Source: Anaerolineae bacterium
GTDB taxonomy: Bacteria; Chloroflexota; Anaerolineae; B4-G1; DUEL01
Direction of reading: 5' to 3'
Assembly: GCA_041082215.1 (NCBI GenBank)
Contig: JBDOIF010000118.1
Location: 62,001 to 117,067, forward strand
DNA length: 55,067 bases
Part shown: one piece after another, positions 8,516 to 17,881 of the stretch
Layout of the letters: every line of letters starts with the position of its first letter
Numbering within the stretch: position 1 is the first letter of the stretch
Notes under the pieces: generated by a model
What the model was told of the DNA's origin: nothing
Databases searched by the model: none
What the model saw: only the letters and a program-made list of their open reading frames with translations
Made by a program: the position numbers and the translations under genes

Positions 8516-9616
8516 TCACCCGGTCGCCAGCACCTTCTCCAGCGCCGCGATCAGCCGTGCGTTCTGCGGGGGGCTTCCCACCGTCACCCGGAGGAACTCG
8601 GGCAGGCCGTAGCCGTCGCAGGGACGGACGATGACCCCCTGCTCCAGCAACCGCCGGGCCATCCCCGCCGCCCCCGGTCCGACCTGAACCAGCACGAAAT
8701 TGGCGTGGCTCTCGATGTAGGGAAGCCCCAGCCGTTCAAACTCCCGGTACAGGTAGCGGCGGCCCTCCCGGTTGGCCTCGACCGATCGCCGGACAAACGC
8801 CTCGTCCTCCAGCGCGGCGACGCCAGCGATCTGGGCCAGCAGGTTGACCGCGAACGGCTCCTTCACCTGCCAGAGAGGGGCCAGGGTTTCACTGTGGGCC
8901 ACCCCATATCCCAGGCGAAGCCCCGCCAGCCCGTATGCTTTGGAGAAAGTACGCATCACCATCACGTTCCGCCGGCCCTCGCGGATATATCGGAGGGTAT
9001 CGGGGTAGTCCGGCGACTCCACGAACTCGTAGTAGGCCTCGTCGAAGACCACCAGCACGTGTTCCGGAACAGCTTCCAGGAACGAGGCCACCTCGTCCAC
9101 GGTGACGATGGTGCCGGTGGGGTTGTTGGGATTGCAGACGAAGATGAGCCGGGTCCGATCCGTCACCGCCCGCGCCATCCCTTCCAGGTCCAGCCGGTAT
9201 CCCCTGAGCGGCACCGCGACCAGTCGCCCGCGCATCACGTGGGTGTAGATGTCGTACACCGGGAACGAAGGCTGGCCCACGATCACCTCATCCCCTTCGC
9301 CTACGTAAGCCAGGCAGACCTGGACGATCACACCGTCTGCCCCGTTGCCGACGACGACCTGTTCCGGAGCCACCCCCAGATACCTGGCCAGGGCCTGCCG
9401 CAGGGTGTAGCTCTGGCCATCCGGGTAAAAGTTCAGCCGGGGTAACGCCTCCGTCAACGCTGCCAGCGCCCTGGGTGAGGGACCCAGGGGGTTTTCGTTG
9501 GAGGCCAGCTTGACCACGTCCTGCAGTCCGTACTCCCGCTGCACCTCCTCGATCGGCTTGCCCGGCACGTAGGGATGGACGCCTTCCAGTCCTCGCTGCG
9601 GTCGAATCTCACTCAT
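8516..9616 (-). CDS. hisC: Histidinol-phosphate / aromatic aminotransferase (class I/II PLP)
   Basis: YVPGKP, KLASNENP, CNPNNPTG, DEAY, RTFSKAYGLAGLRLGY. Confidence 0.9.
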   Translation of the reverse strand: MSEIRPQRGLEGVHPYVPGKPIEEVQREYGLQDVVKLASNENPLGPSPRALAALTEALPRLNFYPDGQSYTLRQALARYLGVAPEQVVVGNGADGVIVQVCLAYVGEGDEVIVGQPSFPVYDIYTHVMRGRLVAVPLRGYRLDLEGMARAVTDRTRLIFVCNPNNPTGTIVTVDEVASFLEAVPEHVLVVFDEAYYEFVESPDYPDTLRYIREGRRNVMVMRTFSKAYGLAGLRLGYGVAHSETLAPLWQVKEPFAVNLLAQIAGVAALEDEAFVRRSVEANREGRRYLYREFERLGLPYIESHANFVLVQVGPGAAGMARRLLEQGVIVRPCDGYGLPEFLRVTVGSPPQNARLIAALEKVLATG

Positions 9617-11666
9617 CTTGTCTCCTGTCCCTTGCCCCCTGTCCTCTGACCAGCCGCACATCCCCCGCCCACGCCCCCTCTGGCGAGAGAAACACCGGGT
9701 TCAGGTCCAGCTCTTCGAGTTCCGGGTAGAGGAAGGGAAGATAGGAAAGACGAACCACCATATCGGCCAGGCCGTCCAGATCGCAGGCCGGCTGGCCCCG
9801 GATACCTGCCAGAAGGGGATAGGCCCGCACCTGGCGGATCATTCCCTCCGCCTCCTGGCGGTCCACCGGCGCAACGCGCAGGGCAACGTCGCGCAGGACT
9901 TCGGTGTAGATGCCGCCCAGGCCGAAGAGGACCACCGGGCCGAACTGGGGGTCGCGGGAGAGGCCAAGGATGACCTCCTGCATCCCCTGCACCATCGGGT
10001 AGACCACCACGCCGCGAAAGTCCAGGTCGGCGGCCACCCGCTGAAGCCGGACGAAGGCCTCCAGCGCCTGCCGGTCATCGGCGACGTTCAGGACCACCCC
10101 TCCCACGTCCGACTTATGGAGGATATGGGGAGAGACGACCTTCATCACGGTCGGGTAGCCCAGGTCGCGGGCGGCCTCCACCGCTTCCTGACCGGTCATC
10201 GCGAAGCGGAAGTCGAGCGTTGGGATGCCGTTTTCCCGCAGCCAGGCCATCGCCTCCGGCTCCAACAGCGGCTCCCTGCCAGGCAATGTCCGCTGCTCCC
10301 GGGGGATATCGGGCAGCGGCCGCCACCGGCCCTTCCGCTCCCCGTATTCAGCCAGGCGGGCCAGGACGGTCACCGCCCGTTCGCCAGTGGGGAAATCGGG
10401 CACGCCGCGCTCCCGCAGCACCGGCAGGGCTTTCTCCACAGTCCGCCCGGCCATGAAGTTGGCCACCACCGGCTTGCCGGTCGCCTCCGCTGCGTCGCAC
10501 ACCCCGCGGGCGTGGGGGACCGAGTCCAGGTAAGGTGGACAGACGTCCAGCGCCAGCGCCGCGTCGTACTCCTCCAGCACCGCCTTCAGCGTCTCCCGAT
10601 ACCCCTCCTCGGTTCCCTCCACCGTCAGGTCGAAGGGGTTGCGGAGGGAGCAGTAGGGCGGGAGGAGACGGGAGAGCCGTTCCCTGAGGGTGGGGCCTGG
10701 CTCGGCCACCTCCAGCCCGACCGCCTCTGCCCGATCCGCTGCCAGAACCCCTGGTCCGCCGGAGTTGGTGACGATGGCGACCCGGCGGCCCCGCACCGGC
10801 GGCAGATGGACCAGCCCTTTGCACAGGTCGAACAGCTCCTCGATCGTCTCCACCCGCAGGGCCCCAGCCTGGCGGAGCGCTGCGTCGTAGACGGTGTCGG
10901 AGCCGGCCATCGAGCCGGTATGGGAAAGGGCGGCACGCCGCCCCGCCTGCCCCCGTCCGGCCTTGACCACCACCAGTGGCTTGTGGCGGGTGAAAGCGTG
11001 CACCGCCTCCAGAAAGGCCTGTCCGTCGTCCACGCTCTCGATGTAGAGCGCGACCACATCCGTCTCCCGGTCCTCCGCCAGATAGGCCAAAAGGTCCACC
11101 TCACCCACATCGGCCCGGTTGCCGTAGCTGACGAACTTGGAGAACCCCAGCCCCTGCTGTTCCGCCCAGGCCAGGACGGCGCCCCCCAGCGCGCCGCTCT
11201 GGGAGATGAGCGCCACCCTGCCCACGGGCGGGCGGATCTCCAGTGTGGCGTGCAGGCCCAGGGGGTTGTTGAAAAAGCCGGCGCAGTTCGGGCCGACGAC
11301 GCGCATCCCATGCCGGGCGGCGACTTCCCTCACCGCCTCCTCCCCTTCGGCGTTGCCGACCTCGGAGAAGCCAGCGGTGATCACCACGGCCACCCTCACC
11401 CCGGCCCGGCCGCACTCTTCCAGCACTTCGGGCACAGTGGGCGCAGGCGAGGCCACAATTGCCAGGTCCACCTCCCCCCTGATCTCCCCCACCGACTGGA
11501 ACCCCGGCACAGAAAAGGCCCCCTGTCCCTTGGGGTTGACCAGGAACAGGGGGCCCCGGAATCCCGCCGAGACGATCTGATGGATAAGGACGTAGCCCAG
11601 TTTCCCCTCCGAAGCAGAACCGATAACAGCGACGCCTTTCGGGTTGAACAGGGAATCCAGCTCCAT
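9609..11666 (-). CDS. Acetate/acyl-CoA ligase (ADP-forming), fused alpha-beta
   Basis: CoA-binding N-terminus, GPNC, SQSGALG, phospho-His SHTGS, ATP-grasp HKSDVGGV, ELDLNP. Confidence 0.9.
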   Translation of the reverse strand: MELDSLFNPKGVAVIGSASEGKLGYVLIHQIVSAGFRGPLFLVNPKGQGAFSVPGFQSVGEIRGEVDLAIVASPAPTVPEVLEECGRAGVRVAVVITAGFSEVGNAEGEEAVREVAARHGMRVVGPNCAGFFNNPLGLHATLEIRPPVGRVALISQSGALGGAVLAWAEQQGLGFSKFVSYGNRADVGEVDLLAYLAEDRETDVVALYIESVDDGQAFLEAVHAFTRHKPLVVVKAGRGQAGRRAALSHTGSMAGSDTVYDAALRQAGALRVETIEELFDLCKGLVHLPPVRGRRVAIVTNSGGPGVLAADRAEAVGLEVAEPGPTLRERLSRLLPPYCSLRNPFDLTVEGTEEGYRETLKAVLEEYDAALALDVCPPYLDSVPHARGVCDAAEATGKPVVANFMAGRTVEKALPVLRERGVPDFPTGERAVTVLARLAEYGERKGRWRPLPDIPREQRTLPGREPLLEPEAMAWLRENGIPTLDFRFAMTGQEAVEAARDLGYPTVMKVVSPHILHKSDVGGVVLNVADDRQALEAFVRLQRVAADLDFRGVVVYPMVQGMQEVILGLSRDPQFGPVVLFGLGGIYTEVLRDVALRVAPVDRQEAEGMIRQVRAYPLLAGIRGQPACDLDGLADMVVRLSYLPFLYPELEELDLNPVFLSPEGAWAGDVRLVRGQGARDRRQDE
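9616..9648 (+). repeat. Heptamer array (TCYCYTG) at the ligase/hisC overlap
   Basis: tcttg tctcctg tcccttg ccccctg tcctctg; encodes the ligase C-terminal tail GQGARDRRQ. Confidence 0.55.
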
Positions 11667-11671
11667 AAACT

Positions 11672-11709
11672 TCCCCCAGCAACCCAGTCACCCAATCACC
11701 CGGTCACCA
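11672..11709 (+). repeat. Octamer array (TCACCCRR) at the iorB/ligase junction
   Basis: tcccccag caacccag tcacccaa tcacccgg tcacca. Confidence 0.55.
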
Positions 11710-12289
11710 CATTGAGCCCAGCCCGGAAAGCAAACCGGTTACGCTCCACACCTTTCGGCCAGCGGGCCTCGACGGCCTGGAGCACCACCCCGGCGTCCAT
11801 CACCTCCCCCAACCGGGTCCGGCCCACCGCCGCACCCAGCACATACACATTGGCCGGAACCGGTTCGTCCCCGTAGAGGGGCCGCTGGGCCGGATCGAGG
11901 TAGACCACCCGCGCCCCGGCTTGCTGCGCCGCCTCCAGGACGTCTGCCAGCGGCGGGTAGTTGGCCTTGCCCAGCATCACCGCCGTCGGCGGCCAGACGT
12001 GGCCATAGAGGAGGAAATCCCCCCCGGGCTTGAGGAAACGGATGCCTTTGAGCGCCTCCGAGACCTCCATTCCGATCACCAGGTCGGCTCCCCGCTGGGG
12101 GATATTGGGGCCGGCCCCCTCCCGTCCCAGCCGGACCTGTGCCTTGACGAACCCGCCTCGCTGGGCCATCCCCTTGTAGGGGTAGAGATGGACCGGCAGG
12201 CCGCGAAGCACGGCGGCCTCGGCGATCAGCTCCGCCACCGTGAGCACCCCCTGTCCTCCCACGCCGACCAGGAATATATCGTACCCCAT
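11696..12289 (-). CDS. iorB: Indolepyruvate:ferredoxin oxidoreductase beta subunit (2-oxoacid oxidoreductase gamma-type)
   Basis: GVGGQG, GMAQRGG.V...VRLG, ANVYVLGA, N..AF..G. Confidence 0.85.
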   Translation of the reverse strand: MGYDIFLVGVGGQGVLTVAELIAEAAVLRGLPVHLYPYKGMAQRGGFVKAQVRLGREGAGPNIPQRGADLVIGMEVSEALKGIRFLKPGGDFLLYGHVWPPTAVMLGKANYPPLADVLEAAQQAGARVVYLDPAQRPLYGDEPVPANVYVLGAAVGRTRLGEVMDAGVVLQAVEARWPKGVERNRFAFRAGLNVVTG

Positions 12290-12398
12290 CTTCCAGCACC
12301 TCTCCAGCGGTCAGGGGTTACACACCGGACGGTCTCGCCGCGCAGGACAGCTTTTCCAGGCCGCCCTGTGCAGGCCAAAAGCCCGGGCTGCTTTATCC

Positions 12399-13466
12399 CT
12401 ACCCTCTGTGCCGGCGCAGGAAGGCGGGGATCTCCAGGTCATCCCTGTCGAATGCCGGCTGAGGGTGTTCCAGCACCTCCCGGACCGTCGTCCGGGCCGT
12501 CCGTGCCCGGGCTGGCCCGGTGTCGAAACCGGTGGCGATCACGGTGATGCGGATCTCGTCCCCCATCGTCTCGTCAATGACCGCGCCGAAGATCAGGTTC
12601 ACATCGGGATGGGCGGTCTCTTTGATGATGGATGCCGCTTCGTTCACCTCGTGCAGGCTCAGGCTTGGCCCGCCGGTGACGTTGAAGAGGATACCCCGTG
12701 CGCCGTCAATGGTGATATCGAGCAGGCGGCTGGAGATAGCCTGCTGGGCCGCCTCCACTGCCCGGTTCTCCCCGCTGGCCCGGCCCACCGCCATCAGCGC
12801 CGCGCCGCCTTCCGCCATCACTGCCCGCACGTCGGCAAAGTCCAGATTGATCAGGCCCGGCACAGTGATCAGCTCGGAGATGCCCTGGATGCCCTGTCGG
12901 AGCACGTCGTCCGCCAGCCGGAAGGCGTCCTGCAGGCTCACCCGCTTCTCGACGATCTCCAGCAGCCGGTCGTTGGGGATCACGATCAGCGTATCCACCT
13001 GCTCCCTGAGGGCCTCGATGCCGGCCACGGCCGTTTCCGACCGCTTCTTTCCCTCAAAGGCAAAGGGGCGGGTGACGACGCCGATCGTGAGGGCGTCCAT
13101 CTCCCGCGCGATCTTGGCGATCACCGGCGCGGCCCCCGTCCCGGTTCCTCCCCCCATCCCGGCGGTGATGAAGACCATGTCGGAGCCCCGGAGGACTTCA
13201 TACAGCTCATCCGCAGACTCCTCCGCCGCCTTCCTCCCCAGCTCGGGATCGCCTCCTACCCCCAGCCCGCGCGTCAGTTTGTCGCCGATGCGCACCCGCG
13301 TGGGGGCATTGGAGAGCATCAGCGCCTGGGCGTCGGTGTTGATGGCGATGAAGTCCACCCCTACGATCCCTTCCTCTATCATCCGGTTGACGGCATTGCT
13401 CCCGCCGCCTCCCACCCCGACCACCCGGATCTTGGCGAAGTTCTCGACCTGCACTGTACCTGGCAT
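12399..13466 (-). CDS. ftsZ: Cell division protein FtsZ
   Basis: GGGTGTG tubulin signature, NLDFAD, C-terminal peptide [19 protein letters not shown]. Confidence 0.99.
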   Translation of the reverse strand: MPGTVQVENFAKIRVVGVGGGGSNAVNRMIEEGIVGVDFIAINTDAQALMLSNAPTRVRIGDKLTRGLGVGGDPELGRKAAEESADELYEVLRGSDMVFITAGMGGGTGTGAAPVIAKIAREMDALTIGVVTRPFAFEGKKRSETAVAGIEALREQVDTLIVIPNDRLLEIVEKRVSLQDAFRLADDVLRQGIQGISELITVPGLINLDFADVRAVMAEGGAALMAVGRASGENRAVEAAQQAISSRLLDITIDGARGILFNVTGGPSLSLHEVNEAASIIKETAHPDVNLIFGAVIDETMGDEIRITVIATGFDTGPARARTARTTVREVLEHPQPAFDRDDLEIPAFLRRHRG

Positions 13467-13508
13467 TTGCACACCTCCTCCTGAAGAAGCACCTACCGCC
13501 AACGTCGT

Positions 13509-14729
13509 TTATCCCGGTAGAAGCGTTCTCAACCAATTCAGAAACCGCCTGCCCACCGAGGGTCCGCCCTTCGGCAGGGGGCGACGCACATCCGCCATCA
13601 GCCCCCAGCCCACCAGCCCTGCGGACACTGCATAGGCCGGGCCGCTGATCCGGTCCACCAATCCCACCAATCCACGTGGACTGCCGATGCGGACTGGCAG
13701 CCCCACCACATCCCGCGCCAGCTCCGCCATGCCGGGGAGCTGAGCCGTCCCTCCGCAGAGGACCAGGCCGGCTGGCAGGAGGCCGTCGTAGCCGGAGCGC
13801 TTGATCTCCTGAAGGACCATCCCCAGCATCTCTTCCACCCGCGCTTCAATAATCTCTGCCAGCCTCCAGCGGGGCAGGAGCTGGGGGCTGTTCTCCCCGA
13901 ACGGCTCGGCCTGGAATCGCTCCTCCGGCCCTACCTGCGCGGGCCTTGCGTGGCCGTAACGGACCTTCACCTCCTCTGCCGCCTCCGTGGGCAGGCGTAG
14001 GCCAATGGCAATGTCGTTGGTGACGTACTCGCCTCCGATCCCCAGCGTCACCGTGTGCCACACTGTACCATCAATGAAGATGGCGATGTCGGTGGTGCCC
14101 CCCCCTATGTCCACCAGCACCACCCCCATCTCCCGCTCGTTCTCCGCCAGCACCGCATCCCCTGCTGCCAGGCTGGCCAGCACCACCTCATCCACCTCCA
14201 CACCCGCCCCCGCCACACACTTGACCAGGTTCTGGATAGCTGTGGTCGAGCCGGTCACGACGTGGGCCTCCACCTCCATCCGGAAGCCGTGCATCCCGAT
14301 GGGGTCGCGCACTCCCTCCTGCCCATCCACGATATAGTAGCGGGGGACAACGTGGACCAGTTCCCGGTTGTGAGGGACGGCGATGGCCCCGGCCGCATCC
14401 AGCGCCCGATCCACATCGTCCACAGTGATCCCCTCGTCCCGCCGGGAGATCGCCACCACCCCCCGGCTGTTGGTGGATGAAAGGTGTACCCCGCTCAGGC
14501 TCACGTAGGCCCGCTGAATCTGATAGCCGGAGGTCCGCTCCGCCTCTGCCACCGAGGCGGCGATGGCCGCTGTCGCTTCGGGAACGTTGACCACCACTCC
14601 CTTACGCAGCCCCCGCGAAGGGACGATGCCCACGCCGATAATGCGCATCCCTTCCCCCTCGCGCACCTCAGCTACCAGCGTGCAGACCTTACTGGAGCCT
14701 GCGTCAATTCCAACGACCGTCCGTTCCAC
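13509..14729 (-). CDS. ftsA: Cell division protein FtsA
   Basis: GIDAGSSK, DIGGGTTD, VTNDI, GGTAQL actin-like motifs; directly upstream of ftsZ. Confidence 0.98.
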   Translation of the reverse strand: MERTVVGIDAGSSKVCTLVAEVREGEGMRIIGVGIVPSRGLRKGVVVNVPEATAAIAASVAEAERTSGYQIQRAYVSLSGVHLSSTNSRGVVAISRRDEGITVDDVDRALDAAGAIAVPHNRELVHVVPRYYIVDGQEGVRDPIGMHGFRMEVEAHVVTGSTTAIQNLVKCVAGAGVEVDEVVLASLAAGDAVLAENEREMGVVLVDIGGGTTDIAIFIDGTVWHTVTLGIGGEYVTNDIAIGLRLPTEAAEEVKVRYGHARPAQVGPEERFQAEPFGENSPQLLPRWRLAEIIEARVEEMLGMVLQEIKRSGYDGLLPAGLVLCGGTAQLPGMAELARDVVGLPVRIGSPRGLVGLVDRISGPAYAVSAGLVGWGLMADVRRPLPKGGPSVGRRFLNWLRTLLPG

Positions 14730-14746
14730 GGTTCCCCCACAGGATT

Positions 14747-14804
14747 ATGACGCATGACGCATGACGTATGACGTATGACGTATGACGTCAGGCGTCAGGC
14801 ATCA
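14747..14804. repeat. Head-to-head heptamer arrays: (ATGACGY)x6 followed by inverted CGTCAGG-type units
   Basis: atgacgc x2, atgacgt x4, then caggcgt caggcat ca; centre palindrome TGACGTCA at 14783-14790; ftsQ-ftsA intergenic. Confidence 0.9.
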
Positions 14805-14808
14805 AACG

Positions 14809-15591
14809 TCACCACTCATTGACCTCCGAGTAGTACGGCGCATCCGGGAAGCGCACATCCACAAAGCGGGGATGGACTCCCCGGTCCAGAAGGTGCTTCC
14901 GAACCAGTGCGTAGACCTGCAGGCGGCGCTCCATCCCGGAGCCCTGGCCCAGGATCACGCGCCAGCCCGCCGGGTCATCCAGGACCAACCCCCGACCAGG
15001 CCGGTAGCCGATCCGGCCAGGGGCGAAACCGAGCCGTTCCAGCTCCGCCAGCCCCACCAGCACCTCCCGATCCACCAGCCCGTTCTCGTCGGTGGGCAGT
15101 GGCCCGACGACCAGCCACCTCCCTTCCAGAGGACGGCTGGCCGGAAAGGCGCCGCCAGCAGCGTCCACCCACACCAGCCGCTCCCCTGTATCCCAGGCCA
15201 CCAGGGGGTCCCGCTCCACCACGGCGATGGTGCATCTGGCGGGGAGGCGGCAGGAGACCCTGGCCTCCCGCAGCGAGGGGAGCCGGGCCAGGATGCGGGC
15301 CTCCGCTTCCCGTTCGTCCACCCAGAGGATGTGCAGCCGCTCCAGGCCGCTGGCAGCCAGGACCTCTCCTGCCGGGATGCGGCTGTTCCCCACCACCTCC
15401 GCATTCAGCACGTAGAAGCGGGGGCTGAGGGCAATCCAGAGGGCCAGGCCCGCTATGACCGCCAGGATCAGCCCCACAGGTACCCATATGGAGCTGCGGG
15501 CCTGGGGCCGGACCCCGGTTATATGGCCCAGGGCAAGTGGCAGGCTCTGCTCGAACCTCCCCTGGCGCTGCCGCCGGCGCTTGTACACCAC
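14809..15591 (-). CDS. ftsQ: FtsQ/DivIB-type POTRA domain protein
   Basis: Single TM, V.GN..I POTRA pattern, ER.P, C-terminal VDVRFPDAPY; lies between ddl and ftsA. Confidence 0.85.
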   Translation of the reverse strand: MVYKRRRQRQGRFEQSLPLALGHITGVRPQARSSIWVPVGLILAVIAGLALWIALSPRFYVLNAEVVGNSRIPAGEVLAASGLERLHILWVDEREAEARILARLPSLREARVSCRLPARCTIAVVERDPLVAWDTGERLVWVDAAGGAFPASRPLEGRWLVVGPLPTDENGLVDREVLVGLAELERLGFAPGRIGYRPGRGLVLDDPAGWRVILGQGSGMERRLQVYALVRKHLLDRGVHPRFVDVRFPDAPYYSEVNEW

Positions 15592-15597
15592 TGCCAG

Positions 15598-16728
15598 TCA
15601 TGCCTCCTCGGGCTGGTAGGAAATCCTGTTACGCGCTTTATCGGCGTGTCGCTCCAACGCCAGTTCGATCAGCCGGTCAATCAACTTCGGGTAGGGGAGA
15701 CCGCTGGCCTCCCACAGCTTGGGATACATGCTGATATGCGTGAAGCCGGGGATGGTGTTCAGCTCGTTGATGAAAAGCTCCCCTGTCTTCCCGGACATAA
15801 GGAAATCGGCCCGCGCCATTCCGGCACAGTCTATCGCCAGATAGGCCTGTACCGCCAGCTCCCGCGCCCGTTCCGCCGCCTCTTCCGGTATAGGGGCGGG
15901 GATCAGCAGCTTGGAGGCCCTTTCTCCATCGTCCAGATACTTGGCGGCGTAGCTGTAGAACTCCCGGCTGGGGATGATCTCCCCCGGCACCGAAGCGACC
16001 GGCTCGTCGTTGCCCAGGACGCTTACCTCGATCTCCCGCGCCTGGGGCACCGCCGCCTCCACCAGCAGCTTCCGGTCGTAGCGGGCGGCGTCCGCCAGCC
16101 CCCGGGCCAGCTCCTCCCGGCTCCGGCACTTGGTAATGCCGACGCTGGAACCCAGGTTGACCGGCTTGGTGAAGACCGGGTAATCAAACGCCCCCTCCAC
16201 CCGGTCCATCACCCCCTCCGGATCCGCCTCCCATTCCCTGCGCTTGACCAGCATATGGTCCACCACCGGGAGATCGTAGGCCCGCATCAGGGATTTAAAG
16301 ATCGCCTTGTCCATCCCGAGAGCGGAGCCGGTCACCCCGGCCCCCACATAGGGGATGCCCGCCATATCCAGCAGGCCCTGGATCGTGCCGTCCTCTCCGT
16401 AGGGGCCGTGGAGGACCGGGAAGACCAGGTCCAGCCCGGCCAGGAGCTCCAGCACCAGCCGACCGTCCTCCTGTTCCAGCCGCATCAGCCCCCGATGGGA
16501 GGGGTCGCCCAGGATGACGGCGGGACCACTGAGCCCCTCATCGCCGGAGGTCAACGCTGCCATCGGATCCCCTCCGGCGATCCACCGCCCGTCCTTGGTG
16601 ATGCCGATGGGCACGATCTCGTACTTCTCCGGATCCATCGCCGCCATCACTGAGCGGGCGGAGATCAGGCTGATCTCGTGCTCCCCCGAGCGCCCGCCGA
16701 ACACCACGCCGACTCGCAGCCTCCCCAT
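15598..16728 (-). CDS. ddl: D-alanine--D-alanine ligase
   Basis: GGRSGEHEIS, HGPYGEDG, GSSVG, FYSYAAKY, NELNTIPG. Confidence 0.98.
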   Translation of the reverse strand: MGRLRVGVVFGGRSGEHEISLISARSVMAAMDPEKYEIVPIGITKDGRWIAGGDPMAALTSGDEGLSGPAVILGDPSHRGLMRLEQEDGRLVLELLAGLDLVFPVLHGPYGEDGTIQGLLDMAGIPYVGAGVTGSALGMDKAIFKSLMRAYDLPVVDHMLVKRREWEADPEGVMDRVEGAFDYPVFTKPVNLGSSVGITKCRSREELARGLADAARYDRKLLVEAAVPQAREIEVSVLGNDEPVASVPGEIIPSREFYSYAAKYLDDGERASKLLIPAPIPEEAAERARELAVQAYLAIDCAGMARADFLMSGKTGELFINELNTIPGFTHISMYPKLWEASGLPYPKLIDRLIELALERHADKARNRISYQPEEA

Positions 16729-16741
16729 ATCCCCTCCTTAT

Positions 16742-16778
16742 CAATGAACAATTGGTCATTGTTCATTGTCCATCGTCC
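16742..16778. repeat. Head-to-head heptamer arrays (CAATGAA / ATTGKYC) at the murB-ddl junction
   Basis: caatgaa ca|attggtc attgttc attgtcc atcgtcc; centre palindrome CAATTG at 16749-16754; contains the murB stop codon. Confidence 0.7.
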
Positions 16779-17707
16779 TCTCCCCATTCCCCCACCAGCT
16801 CGATCTCCGGCTCCAGCCGCACTCCGAACTTCCGCTCCACCTCCGCTCGCACGTGGCGGATCAGGGCCAGGACGTCGGCGGCGGTGGCCCCCCCTGTGTT
16901 GATGAAAAAGTTGGCATGCTGCTCGGAGACCTTTACTCCGCCGATCCGGTATCCCTTCAGCCCAGCCCCCTCGATCAGCCGACCCGCGTGGCCGCCTGGG
17001 GGGTTTTTGAAAGTGGAACCCATCGTCGCGCCGCCCGGGTGGCGGGTTCGCCGCCACTGGAGGATCTCGGTCACCCGCTCCAGCAGCCGCTCCGGCTCCC
17101 CCGGCTGCAATCGGAAAGTTGCCGCCAGCACCACATATCTCCCTGCGTCTCCGTGTCCCCGCGTCCCCGTGTCCTCCTTGAGCCGACTGCCCCGGTACCG
17201 AAACTCAAACCACTCCCCCGGCAGCTCGACCATCTCCCCATCGGGCCTCAGGAGCATGCTGCTCTTTAACACCGAGGCGACATCGCCGCCGAAGGCCCCG
17301 GCGTTGCCCACCACCGCTCCCCCGACCGTCCCCGGAAGCCCGGCCGCCCACTCCAGCCCTGCCAGCCCCCGGGAGGCCGTCTCCCGGGCCAGGGCCGCCA
17401 TCGGCGCCCCTGCCTCCGCCCACACCATCCCATCCTCCCCGATCCGCACCCGGTCCGCCTGGTTGATCACCACCAGCCCCCGGACCCCGGCGTCGGCCAC
17501 CAGGACGTTGCACCCCCCTCCCAGCACCCGCCAGGGGACAGAGCAGGCGCGGGCCAGTCGGACCGCCTCCACCACCTCCTCAGTCGTGCGACAGACAACC
17601 AGCAGGTCCGCCGGCCCGCCGACCTGCATGCGGGTATATGGGGCCAGCGGCTCGTTCCGCCGCGACCGCTCCCCCAACGCCTCAGCCAGCTCCCTCAACC
17701 CATCCAT
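16763..17707 (-). CDS. murB: UDP-N-acetylenolpyruvoylglucosamine reductase
   Basis: GGPAD, GGGCN, PGTVGGAVVGNAGAFG, GSTFKNP, HANF, LEPEI; exact start uncertain (17707-17725). Confidence 0.96.
   Translation of the reverse strand: MDGLRELAEALGERSRRNEPLAPYTRMQVGGPADLLVVCRTTEEVVEAVRLARACSVPWRVLGGGCNVLVADAGVRGLVVINQADRVRIGEDGMVWAEAGAPMAALARETASRGLAGLEWAAGLPGTVGGAVVGNAGAFGGDVASVLKSSMLLRPDGEMVELPGEWFEFRYRGSRLKEDTGTRGHGDAGRYVVLAATFRLQPGEPERLLERVTEILQWRRTRHPGGATMGSTFKNPPGGHAGRLIEGAGLKGYRIGGVKVSEQHANFFINTGGATAADVLALIRHVRAEVERKFGVRLEPEIELVGEWGEDDGQ
17141..17172 (+). repeat. Four octamers (CYCCGYGT) inside murB
   Basis: ccctgcgt ctccgtgt ccccgcgt ccccgtgt; encodes DTGTRGHGDAG. Confidence 0.7.
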
Positions 17708-17720
17708 CGTTGGAACCATA

Positions 17721-17778
17721 CGCAATACGGAACACGCAATACGGAATCCGCAATACGTATTCCGTATTACGTATTCCG
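17721..17778. repeat. Head-to-head heptamer arrays (CGSAATA x5 / TATTMCG x3) upstream of murB
   Basis: cgcaata cggaaca cgcaata cggaatc cgcaata cg tattccg tattacg tattccg; centre palindrome AATACGTATT at 17752-17761. Confidence 0.88.
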
Positions 17779-17881
17779 TTTCTCTCTCACCAGCCGCATC
17801 TTCTGCGCCAGCACCTGGCAGTCAAACCCGTTTCGCCCCCGCTTCCTGCGGCGCAGGCCGCGCAGGCGACCGAGGAGCCGC

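Noticed and set aside
9618..11876. 752-aa plus-strand ORF
   Set aside because: Antisense shadow of the acyl-CoA ligase, typical of high-GC DNA
12290..12398. Possible iorA remnant or intrinsic terminator after ftsZ
   Set aside because: No ferredoxin-like Cys motifs; the AGCCCGGGCT palindrome has no loop, so a terminator is not convincing
14747..14804. Possible CRISPR array, considered for this and the other repeat tracts
   Set aside because: Units are 7-9 bp with no unique spacers, and there are no cas genes
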